This document shows positions 17,658-26,970 of a stretch of DNA of 64,000 bases, one piece after another. The DNA comes from Candidatus Uhrbacteria bacterium RIFOXYB12_FULL_58_10. Its GTDB lineage: Bacteria; Patescibacteriota; Patescibacteriia; UBA9934; GWF2-40-263. Each line of letters starts with the position of its first letter. Positions within the stretch are counted from its first letter, which is position 1. The stretch is from assembly GCA_943354165.1 (NCBI GenBank), contig CALRBH010000002.1, positions 5,734 through 69,733 of the forward strand, in the 5' to 3' direction. The translations under genes were made by a program, and so were the position numbers. The notes under the pieces were generated by a model. The model was not told where the DNA came from. It did not search any database and was given only the letters and a program-made list of their open reading frames with translations.

Positions 17658-18050
17658 ACAACGAAGCTACAATAGGGAAAAATATCCGTCTCGTCCATCG
17701 ATGGAAATAAAAGACGCGTCGAGGTGGACGCGTAATTTCGCAGGAGGCGAGACGGGCAGCAGGACTCAAGTGGTGACGGGATCAGACATCGGCGTGACCT
17801 TGTCAAACACGGGTCTGAACGGACGGCACAGGTCGATGTTGAACACTTCGACCATCTTTCCGAGGAACGCATCAGGGTCTGCTGCGCGAATGACAGGATG
17901 GATCTTGTCTTTCGGGTCTGGCGGGGAACGGGAGGAAGGAGCGGACTTGGCACGAAGCTCTTCGTGCCACTCATCGAGGTGCATGTTTTCTCCAGGTGAA
18001 CGAGGTGCGCCAATACTACCCGTCCCGATGAAGCATGTCAATCCTACTGC

Positions 18051-18980
18051 CTATGTATTCTCTCCCGACTTTCCATGAAACTTCTTATGCACATCGTGCA
18101 GCGTCTTGTTAGTAATGTGTGTATAAACCTGTGTCGTAGTGATCGACGCATGTCCAAGCATCGATTGCACGGAACGAATGTCGGCTCCCGATAGCAGGAG
18201 GTCAGTCGCAAACGTGTGTCGAAGCGTATGCGGAGTCACTTTCTTCGGAATCCCCGCGGCCTTCGCATAATAAATGACCAGTCGCTCAACGGATCGTGGT
18301 GTGAGCGCCCCGACTTCGCCCCGTCCAGCCTTCGCACGGTCATGCGAAACGAACATGTAGGGCGCCGCATCTTTTCGCGCCGCAAGATATTTCTTAAGCG
18401 CCACTTTCGACGCATCCGACAGAAATACCACACGCGGCTTGTCGCCTTTTCCGCGCACGGTAAACTCATCGCGATTCAAATTCACCTGCTCAATCTTCAG
18501 CGAACAGAGTTCCGACACGCGCATCCCGCTCGCAAACAACGTCTCGAGAATCGCTTTGTCGCGCAGGCCGACGAGCCCCTCCGCATGCGTGTCCGGTGCC
18601 TTCAGAATCCGCTCCAATTCCTCGATCTCCAAAAACTCCACCGTGCGGTTGCTCTGTTTCGCAAGTTCGATCTGTTCAGAGGCGAGGGAAACGACGTCAC
18701 GCTTGGCGAGAAATTTCAAAAAAGATCGCAACGCGATGAGGTGATAGTTCTGTGTGTTCTTTTTTATGGTCTCTTCCTCACGCCCAGGAACTTCACGATT
18801 GAGAAAAAGCCGATACTTTCGGACGAGGTCTTTCGAAATCTTTCCAGGAGCGACGTTTCCGGCCCATCGCGAAAATCGTCGGAGATAAAAGTCGTAATTC
18901 TTGATCGTCCGGTTCGCCCGCCCTCGCTCGACCTCAAGATATTCAAGGAAATCCGTGATGTGTTTATCGAGGGGAGACAT
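18051..18980 (-). CDS. xerC: tyrosine recombinase XerC/XerD-like
   Basis: C-terminal catalytic motifs (RHTFATDLL, LLGHASITTTQVYTH). 309 aa from MSPLDKH. Confidence 0.85.
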   Translation of the reverse strand: MSPLDKHITDFLEYLEVERGRANRTIKNYDFYLRRFSRWAGNVAPGKISKDLVRKYRLFLNREVPGREEETIKKNTQNYHLIALRSFLKFLAKRDVVSLASEQIELAKQSNRTVEFLEIEELERILKAPDTHAEGLVGLRDKAILETLFASGMRVSELCSLKIEQVNLNRDEFTVRGKGDKPRVVFLSDASKVALKKYLAARKDAAPYMFVSHDRAKAGRGEVGALTPRSVERLVIYYAKAAGIPKKVTPHTLRHTFATDLLLSGADIRSVQSMLGHASITTTQVYTHITNKTLHDVHKKFHGKSGENT

Positions 18981-19073
18981 AGTTAGTAGATAGTAGATAG
19001 TAGATAGTAGAAAAATAGTCATAGATCAGGTTTTTTGCCCTGACTACTAACTACTTACTACTGACTACTAACT
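18981..19073. repeat. TAG-rich palindromic repeat (TAGTAGATAGTAG family), locus A
   Basis: agttagtagatagtagatagtagatagtag ... ctgactactaactacttactactgactactaact: inverted arms with stop codons in all frames. Confidence 0.7.
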
Positions 19074-19505
19074 TTCAAACGATATCCACATTATACGACA
19101 CTATCTCAGAGAACGCTTGTGCTATCATGGGCGGGTTATGCGAAAGCTGGTGGGGATCTTCTTGATCGCATCTTTTTTAACCCTGGTGAGTTCCACTAAG
19201 GGGATGCCTGGCTGTGCGGCCAGCTCTTTTGTTCCAGCCTGTGCGGCTGAATCGGTCGGTATCGCAACGATCACTGCACCGGATCTCATTGCAGCGGAAC
19301 CCATCGCCTTCCTTACAAGAACATCGATCATTAACAAAGCGATCGCGTTCCCACGTCTCCTGCGCGCCCCAAAGCCTTCGACCGACGGCGCCCCCGGCAC
19401 CTGGCTCAAATCCCTCGACAAGTTCCCATCAAATCTCCTCCCCATGCACGACGCCTGATGTATTCCTCCAGATTTAATCATTTTAAAACCATTTGGGTTT
19501 GCAGA

Positions 19506-19589
19506 GTGGGCAAGGGTGGGCAGGGTGATGGAATATTTTTTTATAGAAAGATTTCCTACACCCTTGCAAACCCCGCCCACCCTTGCCCA
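19506..19589 (+). promoter_or_regulatory. long-stem hairpin (gtgggcaagggtgggc ... gcccacccttgcccac) in the dsbA-like 5' region
   Basis: A 16-bp perfect inverted repeat separated by about 45 nt of AT-rich loop, ending 17 nt before the ATG at 19606. Confidence 0.4.
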
Positions 19590-19605
19590 CCCCCTAACTT
19601 CCTTT

Positions 19606-20361
19606 ATGGACTCTCCAACATCCTCCAAAAACCTCTTCGAAATGATCGCTCCAAAGCAGGCCTTCCTGCTTGGCCTCGTCGCCGCCGTTCTCGTGCTCGG
19701 CACCGCCGGATTCATCATCCTTGGCGGCTGCATGCTCTCAGGAAAGTGTGAGCTTGGCGCAGGAAGCGGGAAAGGCTATGCCATCGCTCCAGACGTAGCC
19801 GCCCCGACCGGTGAACCTGTTCCAACCGGTGCCATCCCAGAAGTAACGTCTGATGACTGGATTCGCGGAGACAAGAACGCCCCCGTCACCATGATCGAAT
19901 ACTCAGATTTCGAGTGTCCGTTCTGCGGCCGGTTCGCTCCAACAGTTGATCAGATCATGAAGGAATACAGTGGAAAAGTCCGCTTGGTATTTCGCCACTT
20001 CCCCCTCTCCTTCCACCCAGAAGCTGAACCAGCCGCCGAAGCCGCAGAGTGCGCGGGGGAACAGGGAAAGTTCTTCGAGTATCATGACGTGCTCTTTGCA
20101 GACCAAACGAAACTCTCGGCCGCTTACTATCCGCAGGTGGCCGCCCAGCTCGGGCTCAATGCGAGCAAGTTCAAGGCCTGTATCGATTCAGACCGTGCCC
20201 TTGAAAAGATCCGCGCCCAGGCCGCCGCTGGCGGATCGGCAGGGGTAACGGGCACTCCAGGCTCCTTCATCATCGATGCTGAAGGAAATGCCACCCCAAT
20301 CAAGGGAGCCCTTCCATACGCTTCCGTGAAGGCCGCCATCGACGCCGCCCTCGCAAACTAG
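19606..20361 (+). CDS. DsbA-family thiol:disulfide oxidoreductase (membrane-anchored)
   Basis: N-terminal TM helix and thioredoxin-fold CPFC active site (YSDFECPFCGRF). Confidence 0.8.
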   Translation: MDSPTSSKNLFEMIAPKQAFLLGLVAAVLVLGTAGFIILGGCMLSGKCELGAGSGKGYAIAPDVAAPTGEPVPTGAIPEVTSDDWIRGDKNAPVTMIEYSDFECPFCGRFAPTVDQIMKEYSGKVRLVFRHFPLSFHPEAEPAAEAAECAGEQGKFFEYHDVLFADQTKLSAAYYPQVAAQLGLNASKFKACIDSDRALEKIRAQAAAGGSAGVTGTPGSFIIDAEGNATPIKGALPYASVKAAIDAALAN

Positions 20362-20414
20362 TAAGTACCGAATAAAAAACTCACCCGTTACTGGGTGAGT
20401 TTTTTATTCTTCCG

Positions 20415-21851
20415 TTAAGCAACGCGCTTATTCGGAGCGGAAACCTGTGTGGAACTGTTCGGACTCTTCAGCTTTGCCCGTAACGCCTCGATACGATTTT
20501 GCATGAGACGGCGTTCCTGCGGTGGAATAATAGCTGGAAGAAGTTTCTGTTTGTCCGCAATACGCTCGAGACTCTGAAGACTGTCCTCAAGAAGCGCATC
20601 GCGGGTGGCCTTTTCACTGATCGCAGAAATATCCGAGCTCACTAGTTTCTCCAAACTCCGAAGGTCCATGTCCATGTCATCGACCTCCTGAAGCGACAGT
20701 TCTGGTTGATATTTTTCGTTCGTGAAAACGGATTCGCCTTCCGGTTCTTCGGCGGCTACTTGTGCACTTTCCTCTTCAGGAAGAATGTCTTGTTCTTGAT
20801 AGGCAAAACTGTCGAGGTCTTTCTGGGCGCGGACCAGCACCTGCTGGATCTTCGCTTCGGCATTCTGCACGGCCTTTTTTACTTCTGGATGGACGATGTT
20901 CTCGCCGATGACTGCCCCCTCTTCCGCAGAAATGACGTCGACGGCAAGTTTATGGAGCTCGTTACCTCGAGCGATAATAGCCTCCAATACGGCCGCTCGC
21001 TCATGCATCTCCGCTTCCGTAAGAGACTGTTCGCTTAGCCGACGAACGGCGCCGTCTTTTACAATGACGTTCTCGCTATTCTCGAATCCAAAAGCCTTTC
21101 CTGCAACGTCCCAATGTTTCATTTCACGATCAAGCGCAACTGGAGAAGAAAATTCTACGCCATCTTTTGCGTCATCAGGAGCCGCTTCTTGAGATCCGAC
21201 GAGCTTCTCCACAGGAATCCTGCCGGCACGCATCTCCGTAACCCCAAGCTCCATGTCACCGTATTTCTTTTGGAACGCCTGAAACTCTTTCGCAATGCCA
21301 TCAGCAAGCGTGTCGACCTGTGCCACTTTTTCCAGGTCCTCAGCCCGGTCTTGTCGATATTCCTTGTCAGCCAATACAGGTTCACCAGGTGGTGAAGCCC
21401 CAACGACTTCCGTATTCGGTCCGGTAGGTTTTGGTAATTCCTCCTCTTTGGAAAACGAATCTTCGTCATTATTATTCATGGCTTCCTGAAGGGACCCCGC
21501 CTTTGATTGATACTCATTGATGGTTTTTTCCAATTGCTTCTTCATCAGAGCTTGAATCTCCGGAAATTTCGCGAACCTTCCGCCTTGGTCGGCAAGATTT
21601 TTCAAATCTTCCGTGTGTTTCGCCTCGGCGACTTTTATGCGTTCAACCGCCGCCTTCTGAAGCTCTTTCGGATTCTTAAATCCAGCCAGTGTGACCTCCT
21701 CATCCGAAACGCGTTCCTTACCGACCTCCGGTGTGGCCGGCGCCGTTTCTACGCTTGGAGCTCCTCCCTTAAGATCAGCAAAATCATCCTCATCTTCAGA
21801 GGAGGATAATGGCGGTTTCATCTCTGGATTTGTGCGGGATTGTTCAGACAT
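20415..21851 (-). CDS. acidic coiled-coil/low-complexity hypothetical protein
   Basis: 478 aa from MSEQSRTNPEMKPPL. Very E/D/K/A-rich, no recognisable domain. Confidence 0.55.
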   Translation of the reverse strand: MSEQSRTNPEMKPPLSSSEDEDDFADLKGGAPSVETAPATPEVGKERVSDEEVTLAGFKNPKELQKAAVERIKVAEAKHTEDLKNLADQGGRFAKFPEIQALMKKQLEKTINEYQSKAGSLQEAMNNNDEDSFSKEEELPKPTGPNTEVVGASPPGEPVLADKEYRQDRAEDLEKVAQVDTLADGIAKEFQAFQKKYGDMELGVTEMRAGRIPVEKLVGSQEAAPDDAKDGVEFSSPVALDREMKHWDVAGKAFGFENSENVIVKDGAVRRLSEQSLTEAEMHERAAVLEAIIARGNELHKLAVDVISAEEGAVIGENIVHPEVKKAVQNAEAKIQQVLVRAQKDLDSFAYQEQDILPEEESAQVAAEEPEGESVFTNEKYQPELSLQEVDDMDMDLRSLEKLVSSDISAISEKATRDALLEDSLQSLERIADKQKLLPAIIPPQERRLMQNRIEALRAKLKSPNSSTQVSAPNKRVA

Positions 21852-21902
21852 ACATGGCGTTAGTGAGAACACTGTACACCGGGAGTAACACTCTGAAAAC
21901 AA

Positions 21903-21945
21903 AAAAGCCGTGGCCCACACTTTAGCGAGTGAGGAACCACGGTTA
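21903..21945 (-). terminator. intrinsic terminator on the minus strand (aaccgtgg ... ccacggctttttt)
   Basis: Hairpin plus T-run directly 3' of 21943..22368. Confidence 0.5.
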
Positions 21946-22368
21946 CTTGCGCTGAGAGATCCGTTCACTGAATGAATCGCGTTTTGGATAGGGAAAGGTC
22001 ACGGAACCTCCCCGCTCGCTGCTGATCTTGAGGGTCACTCCCAGGGGATCGACAGGGAAGCTTATGAGTCGATCAGTGAGCTCGAGAACGAAATGCGATC
22101 TCACCCCGTCTCTGCCAACCACTCGTTGGACGCTGGAGCTTTCTCCCGTGCCCTCATACGGAACCCAGGCAATCTCGAGGCCCATGAGCCAGTGATCCTC
22201 GATCCCTTCCGAGCTCATCACAATCTCAACGAGAGGCGATGATAGATGAAAGACTGCGGCTTTGAATACGGAAAGGGGCAATAGGCTTTTAAGTATGGGA
22301 GAACGGGGACGATAGGCCTTTTGAATGCGGTGAAGGAGCAGATCGGTAGGTTCCGGACTTCGACTCAT
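21943..22368 (-). CDS. hypothetical protein
   Basis: 141-aa ORF with no confident domain assignment. Confidence 0.4.
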   Translation of the reverse strand: MSRSPEPTDLLLHRIQKAYRPRSPILKSLLPLSVFKAAVFHLSSPLVEIVMSSEGIEDHWLMGLEIAWVPYEGTGESSSVQRVVGRDGVRSHFVLELTDRLISFPVDPLGVTLKISSERGGSVTFPYPKRDSFSERISQRK

Positions 22369-22457
22369 ATACCCTCCTCTCGAAAGTGTTGGAACTCATG
22401 AGACTAAGCGAAAAACGGGCTTTTGTCAATACTTCCCACAATTAAGTCACATTTCCA

Positions 22458-22486
22458 TTGACATTTGGCTTATTTTCCCCTATATT
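22458..22486 (+). promoter_or_regulatory. sigma70-like promoter TTGACA-N17-TATATT
   Basis: Followed by RBS aggaggaag and the ATG at 22520. Confidence 0.55.
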
Positions 22487-22519
22487 AGGGCGTTCCCCCA
22501 TAACACCAGGAGGAAGGGA

Positions 22520-22882
22520 ATGATGGATACGACCGTACAAACAAAGACGCAGGAAGTCCTTCAACGATTTGTGATCGAGAATCCGGATATCCATGAGGGG
22601 TGCGGGATACGAAGGCTCTCGGCTCAGACCCAATTGCTCCTCGGCGGATGTCTCGAGATCATCGATCTCCCGCAGCGGATTCCGACCATCATCGCGGCGC
22701 GGGCCTGGATGGACCAGGATCACCTGCCGCCGGAAGAGGAATGGAACACTATACGATACCGTGACAGGAAAGATATTGAGGCCTTTATCGCCTTGTGCGA
22801 TGTCGAGACGGAAAAGCTTCGCCTCACGGACATTGTCCTGCGCCTGCTGCGAATCGCCCGATATGCAAGGAAGGCAACATGA
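22520..22882 (+). CDS. hypothetical protein (first gene of an overlapping two-gene operon)
   Basis: 120 aa with strong promoter and RBS. Stop overlaps the next start (ATGA). Confidence 0.5.
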   Translation: MMDTTVQTKTQEVLQRFVIENPDIHEGCGIRRLSAQTQLLLGGCLEIIDLPQRIPTIIAARAWMDQDHLPPEEEWNTIRYRDRKDIEAFIALCDVETEKLRLTDIVLRLLRIARYARKAT

Positions 22883-23151
22883 GCGACAAAGTGTTCACGC
22901 CAATCCAACGAGAAACGCTGCAGTGGGGGATGAAGATGCTCGAACTCCCTGCGGACGCGAAACCGACCGCATACATGGAGCAGTGCGTCGCCCACATGAC
23001 GGGCGACCAGGCGGATGAAGTGTTTCTCGTCCTCGGCGCGGCGGAAAAGTCGGGGATCATCGGCCAGGTGTTCTTCGACCTGATCAGTGAACCGCAAGGA
23101 GCGGCGGAAGCAGTCGTGCGCGAGCTCGCCGCCATCTTCCTCTCCAAATGA
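22879..23151 (+). CDS. hypothetical protein (second gene, translationally coupled)
   Basis: 91 aa from MSDKVFTPIQRETLQWG. 4-nt overlap with the upstream gene. Confidence 0.5.
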   Translation: MSDKVFTPIQRETLQWGMKMLELPADAKPTAYMEQCVAHMTGDQADEVFLVLGAAEKSGIIGQVFFDLISEPQGAAEAVVRELAAIFLSK

Positions 23152-23180
23152 ACAGACAACATCAACCTAAGAAAGGTACG

Positions 23181-23213
23181 TAAAATCCGGCTGGTTCACA
23201 GCCGGATTTACTA
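23181..23213. terminator. bidirectional intrinsic terminator (aaatccggctg-gttcaca-gccggattt)
   Basis: Sits between convergent genes 22879..23151(+) and 23225..23683(-). Confidence 0.6.
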
Positions 23214-23224
23214 TTTTCCTGGGA

Positions 23225-23683
23225 TTATACGGCACGTTTCGCATCGATAATCCCCAACTCTTGCTTGACCATTTGGAATGCCTTTGTTTTCATGATCTTC
23301 TCGGCTTCCATATTCAAGGTGGTTGCATCCTTCCCGGCTTCCAATCCTTTTCGTACAGAAGACACTGCCATATCCACGAACCTTCTAATGGCCGCCTTGG
23401 CTTCAGGAGTGTTCGCAATCTCCGGAGGAAGCGCCTCGGCGAGGTACTTTTCAACCGCCCGATCCTTATCCTCGGCGGTTTCCATGGAGGAAAAGTGATC
23501 AACGTCAGCACCGAAGGATTTTTCCGTTCCTCCAATGTCTGCTGCAGAAAACTCGCGTGGCTGTTCACGCGGATACTTCTTTTCCGGAATTTTTGCCGCC
23601 TCAGCCTTCTTTGCGGCCATTGAAGCCTCATACGAGGCCTGCATGGCACCTTCATGCGCTCCGCTCATTGATCCTTCTGGCAT
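23225..23683 (-). CDS. hypothetical protein (Ala/Glu/Lys-rich)
   Basis: 152-aa ORF with coding-like composition and no domain. Confidence 0.45.
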   Translation of the reverse strand: MPEGSMSGAHEGAMQASYEASMAAKKAEAAKIPEKKYPREQPREFSAADIGGTEKSFGADVDHFSSMETAEDKDRAVEKYLAEALPPEIANTPEAKAAIRRFVDMAVSSVRKGLEAGKDATTLNMEAEKIMKTKAFQMVKQELGIIDAKRAV

Positions 23684-23718
23684 AGGGTGAATTGATTCCT
23701 CCCTAGTTTACTGCTTCG

Positions 23719-23747
23719 TTGACATGCGTCCACCCAGATGCTAATCT
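23719..23747 (+). promoter_or_regulatory. sigma70-like promoter TTGACA-N17-TAATCT upstream of rpsO
   Basis: Read directly. Confidence 0.5.
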
Positions 23748-23825
23748 TTTTGCGTAATTAAGAGGCGGTACCTGGGCCTGGGATTGAGCCCCTTTGCTCG
23801 GATATACGCGTAAATCTCTACGGAT

Positions 23826-24089
23826 ATGCTCGACATCAAGGCTAAGCAGAAAATCATTGAAAAGTTCCGCACGCATGCGTCAGACACTGGGTCTCCGCAG
23901 GTGCAGATCGCTATCCTTTCTGAGGAGGTTGCTGAGCTTACCAAGCACTTGAAGGATCACAAGAAGGACTTCTCGAGCCGCCGCGGCCTTATCAAAAAGG
24001 TCAACGAGCGCCGACGCCTTCTGAAGTATCTTGAACGCGAGGACGCGAAAGCCGCGACCGCACTCAAGAATGCTCTTGAACTGAATTAA
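23826..24089 (+). CDS. rpsO: 30S ribosomal protein S15
   Basis: 87 aa. [48 protein letters not shown] is the S15 signature region. Confidence 0.9.
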   Translation: MLDIKAKQKIIEKFRTHASDTGSPQVQIAILSEEVAELTKHLKDHKKDFSSRRGLIKKVNERRRLLKYLEREDAKAATALKNALELN

Positions 24090-24094
24090 TACCC

Positions 24095-24125
24095 GTGACC
24101 CCGCCTCGCGCGGGGTTACGTATTT
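24095..24125 (+). terminator. intrinsic terminator (accccgcc-tcgc-gcggggt)
   Basis: Hairpin after rpsO. Confidence 0.5.
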
Positions 24126-24138
24126 CTCGGGGGAACGT

Positions 24139-24771
24139 ATGTCCACGAAGCACACAGACCAGCGCGTCGGCATTTTCATCGACACGCAGAACCTTTACTA
24201 CAGCGCCCGTTTTCTCTTCGGTCGCAAAGTAAACTTCAAGGCGATCGTAGACACGGCTGCCTCCGGACGCAAACTCATCCGTGCGATTGCCTATGTGATC
24301 GGCACGAAGACCCAGGAAGAGAAGCCATTCTTTGAAGCGCTGCAGAAAAGCGGCATCGAAATTCGCCAGAAGGAGTTGATCGAATACATGTCCGGCCAGA
24401 AGAAAGGCGATTGGGACGTGGGTCTCACCGTGGACGCCATCCGCATGCTCGATATGCTTGATGTGGTGGTAATCGTTTCCGGTGACGGAGACTACGAACC
24501 GCTCGTCGACTTCGCGCGCAGCCGCGGACGCATCGTGGAAGTGATGAGCTTCCGAGAAACGACATCGGGCAGACTCGTCGAGGCGGTCGACGGGTACATC
24601 AACCTGTCGGAAGACAAAAAGCAGTACCTCATCGGCGGGCCGAAACGCTCGTCTAAGCCTGCACAGGAAGACGACCGCAAGCGGCTTGAACGCATGAGCG
24701 AGGATCCAACCGGGATTCCGAAAGCGGAAGACGATGCGGAGGAACGCCGGAGCCGCCGATTATCTTTCTAA
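24139..24771 (+). CDS. NYN (LabA-like PIN) domain protein
   Basis: VGIFIDTQNLYYS ... VVIVSGDGDYEPLV matches NYN/LabA-type nuclease-like domains. Acidic/basic C-terminal tail. Confidence 0.7.
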   Translation: MSTKHTDQRVGIFIDTQNLYYSARFLFGRKVNFKAIVDTAASGRKLIRAIAYVIGTKTQEEKPFFEALQKSGIEIRQKELIEYMSGQKKGDWDVGLTVDAIRMLDMLDVVVIVSGDGDYEPLVDFARSRGRIVEVMSFRETTSGRLVEAVDGYINLSEDKKQYLIGGPKRSSKPAQEDDRKRLERMSEDPTGIPKAEDDAEERRSRRLSF

Positions 24772-24775
24772 GAAT

Positions 24776-26950
24776 ATGTCAGAAATCAAAAAGTTTTCGA
24801 CGCAGTGGGCAGGAAAGACACTGACCATCACCACGGGGAAATACGCCACACAAGCGAACGGTTCCTGTCTCGTGCAGTACGGTGACACCGTACTTCTTGC
24901 GACCGCTGTCATGAGCGACAGTGTGCGCGAAGGGGGATTCGACTACTTTCCATTGATGGTGGAATACGAGGAAAAAATGTACGCCGCCGGCCGCATCAAG
25001 GGCAGCCGTTTCATCAAGAAAGAAGGTCGTCCAACGGACGAAGCCGTGCTTGTTGGCCGCTACATCGACCGCGCATTGCGCCCACTCTTTGACGACCGTA
25101 TCCGTAATGATCTCCAGGTGATCGTCACCTGTCTCGCCTTCGACGGTGAGAACGATCCAGACGTCCCAGCGCTCGTTGCCGCATCCTGTGCAATTCACAT
25201 GAGCGACATTCCATGGGACGGCCCAATCGCTGACGTCCGCGTTGGCCAGATCGGCGGGGAATGGGTGTTGAACCCAAGTTATGAAGCCCGCGCCAAGTCC
25301 GCGCTCGACCTTTCCTTCGCCGGAACGAACGAAAAAATCGTCATGGTCGAAGCAGGATGTAACGAAGTTTCAGAAGACATCGTGCTCGGCGCATTTCAGT
25401 TCGGCATGAAGCACATGAAGGAAGCGATCGATCTCATCGAAGAGGTCCGTTCTGCCGTCGGAAAACCAAAGCGCGACATCTCATCACCAGTAAATGTCCG
25501 CAAGGATGAAGTCCAAACAATCGCGCGTCCGTTCATCACCGGCGCCGTCCGCGAACTGTTCTTCGGCACTCCTCAGGCAAGCAAAGTTGAGCGTGCCAAG
25601 CAGAAAAAGGAAGTGAAGAAGCGCACCGAAGCGTTCCTTCTTGAGCAAGGCGTTCTTCCAGAAGAAATAAAATTTGGAACGTCGATCGTTGAATCTGAAA
25701 TCGAAGCCGAAGTCATGCGCGCCATTCTCGTGGATGGAAAACGCGTCGACGGCCGCGGCATCACCGACATCCGCCAACTCATCTCCGAAGTCGCCATGCT
25801 TCCTCGCGTGCATGGCAGCGGACACTTCAAGCGTGGAGACACACAGGTGCTCTCCATCGTCACCCTCGGTGCCCCAGGCGACTGCCAGACGCTCGATGGC
25901 ATGGAACATGTAGGCGAAAAGCGCTACTTCCATCACTATAACTTTCCTCCATTCTCCGTCGGCGAAGTGAAGCCGATGCGCGGCCCAGGACGCCGTGAAA
26001 CAGGCCATGGAGCCCTCGCCGAAAAGGCACTCGCTCCGATGATGCCTGAGAAGGAAGCGTTCCCTTACACGATCCGGGTGGTTTCCGAAGTGCTCGGTTC
26101 CAACGGTTCCAGCTCCATGGCTTCTACCTGTGGTTCCACCATTGCCCTTATGGACGCCGGCGTACCAATCAAGGCTCCGGTTGCTGGCATTGCAATGGGA
26201 CTTGCTACGGACGGAAAGGGAAAATGGAAGGTTATTACTGATCTTCAGGACCTCGAAGACGGAAAAGGCGGCATGGACTTCAAGATTGCGGGTTCTTCCA
26301 CGGGAATCACTGCGATTCAGATGGATACCAAAACCCAGGGTCTAACGATGGACATCATCGAAACTACCCTTAAGCAGGCATTCGAAGCTCGCATACAGAT
26401 CCTGAAAGTCATGTTGGCGGCGATTCCAACGGTTCGCCCTGAACTTTCCAAGTACGCACCACGCATCATCTCGCTGCGCATCAATCCAGAACGCATCGGC
26501 GACGTGATCGGTCCAGGTGGAAAGATTATCAACGAAATCATCGATACGACAGGTGTCACTGCCATCGACATTGATGATGACGGTCTCGTCATGATCACTT
26601 CACTTAGCGCAGAGGGAGCCGAAAAAGCTCTCAGCTGGGTAAAGAACCTCACCCGCGACGTCGTCGCAGGGGAAACCTTCACCGGAAAAGTGACCCGTCT
26701 GATGACCTTCGGTGCCTTCGTGGAAATTCTGCCGAAGAAGGAAGGGCTCGTACACGTGTCGGAAATGGCTCCTTATCGCGTTGAGCAGCCAGGAGACCTC
26801 GTAAAACCAGGTCAGAGCGTACAGGTAAAGGTCATTGAGATCGATTCGATGGGCCGCATCAATCTCTCCATGAAACAGGCGCCTGGAAATGTGTATCCAG
26901 AGAATCCACCTGTTTCTACTGGATCCTCTCGCCCACCAGCTCGTCGATAA
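24776..26950 (+). CDS. pnp: polynucleotide phosphorylase
   Basis: Two RNase PH-like domains, KH (GPGGKIINEII) and S1 (GKVTRLMTFGAFVEI) domains. 724 aa from MSEIKKF. Confidence 0.95.
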   Translation: MSEIKKFSTQWAGKTLTITTGKYATQANGSCLVQYGDTVLLATAVMSDSVREGGFDYFPLMVEYEEKMYAAGRIKGSRFIKKEGRPTDEAVLVGRYIDRALRPLFDDRIRNDLQVIVTCLAFDGENDPDVPALVAASCAIHMSDIPWDGPIADVRVGQIGGEWVLNPSYEARAKSALDLSFAGTNEKIVMVEAGCNEVSEDIVLGAFQFGMKHMKEAIDLIEEVRSAVGKPKRDISSPVNVRKDEVQTIARPFITGAVRELFFGTPQASKVERAKQKKEVKKRTEAFLLEQGVLPEEIKFGTSIVESEIEAEVMRAILVDGKRVDGRGITDIRQLISEVAMLPRVHGSGHFKRGDTQVLSIVTLGAPGDCQTLDGMEHVGEKRYFHHYNFPPFSVGEVKPMRGPGRRETGHGALAEKALAPMMPEKEAFPYTIRVVSEVLGSNGSSSMASTCGSTIALMDAGVPIKAPVAGIAMGLATDGKGKWKVITDLQDLEDGKGGMDFKIAGSSTGITAIQMDTKTQGLTMDIIETTLKQAFEARIQILKVMLAAIPTVRPELSKYAPRIISLRINPERIGDVIGPGGKIINEIIDTTGVTAIDIDDDGLVMITSLSAEGAEKALSWVKNLTRDVVAGETFTGKVTRLMTFGAFVEILPKKEGLVHVSEMAPYRVEQPGDLVKPGQSVQVKVIEIDSMGRINLSMKQAPGNVYPENPPVSTGSSRPPARR

Positions 26951-26970
26951 TCAACTTGACGATAAGAGAA

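Noticed and set aside
17648-18078. Three overlapping ORFs (17648..18013 -, 17701..18078 +, 17766..18041 -) between tRNA-Arg and xerC
   Set aside because: Mutually overlapping, no start signals or motifs. Probably the xerC 3' UTR / tRNA promoter region.
19125-19733. 202-aa minus-strand ORF overlapping the dsbA leader hairpin, and the competing 19117..19458 plus-strand ORF
   Set aside because: Mutually exclusive and neither has convincing start signals. The minus ORF runs through the palindrome and the dsbA start. The plus ORF has a signal-peptide-like N-terminus (possible small secreted protein, at most 0.3 confidence) but no RBS, so I left both unannotated.
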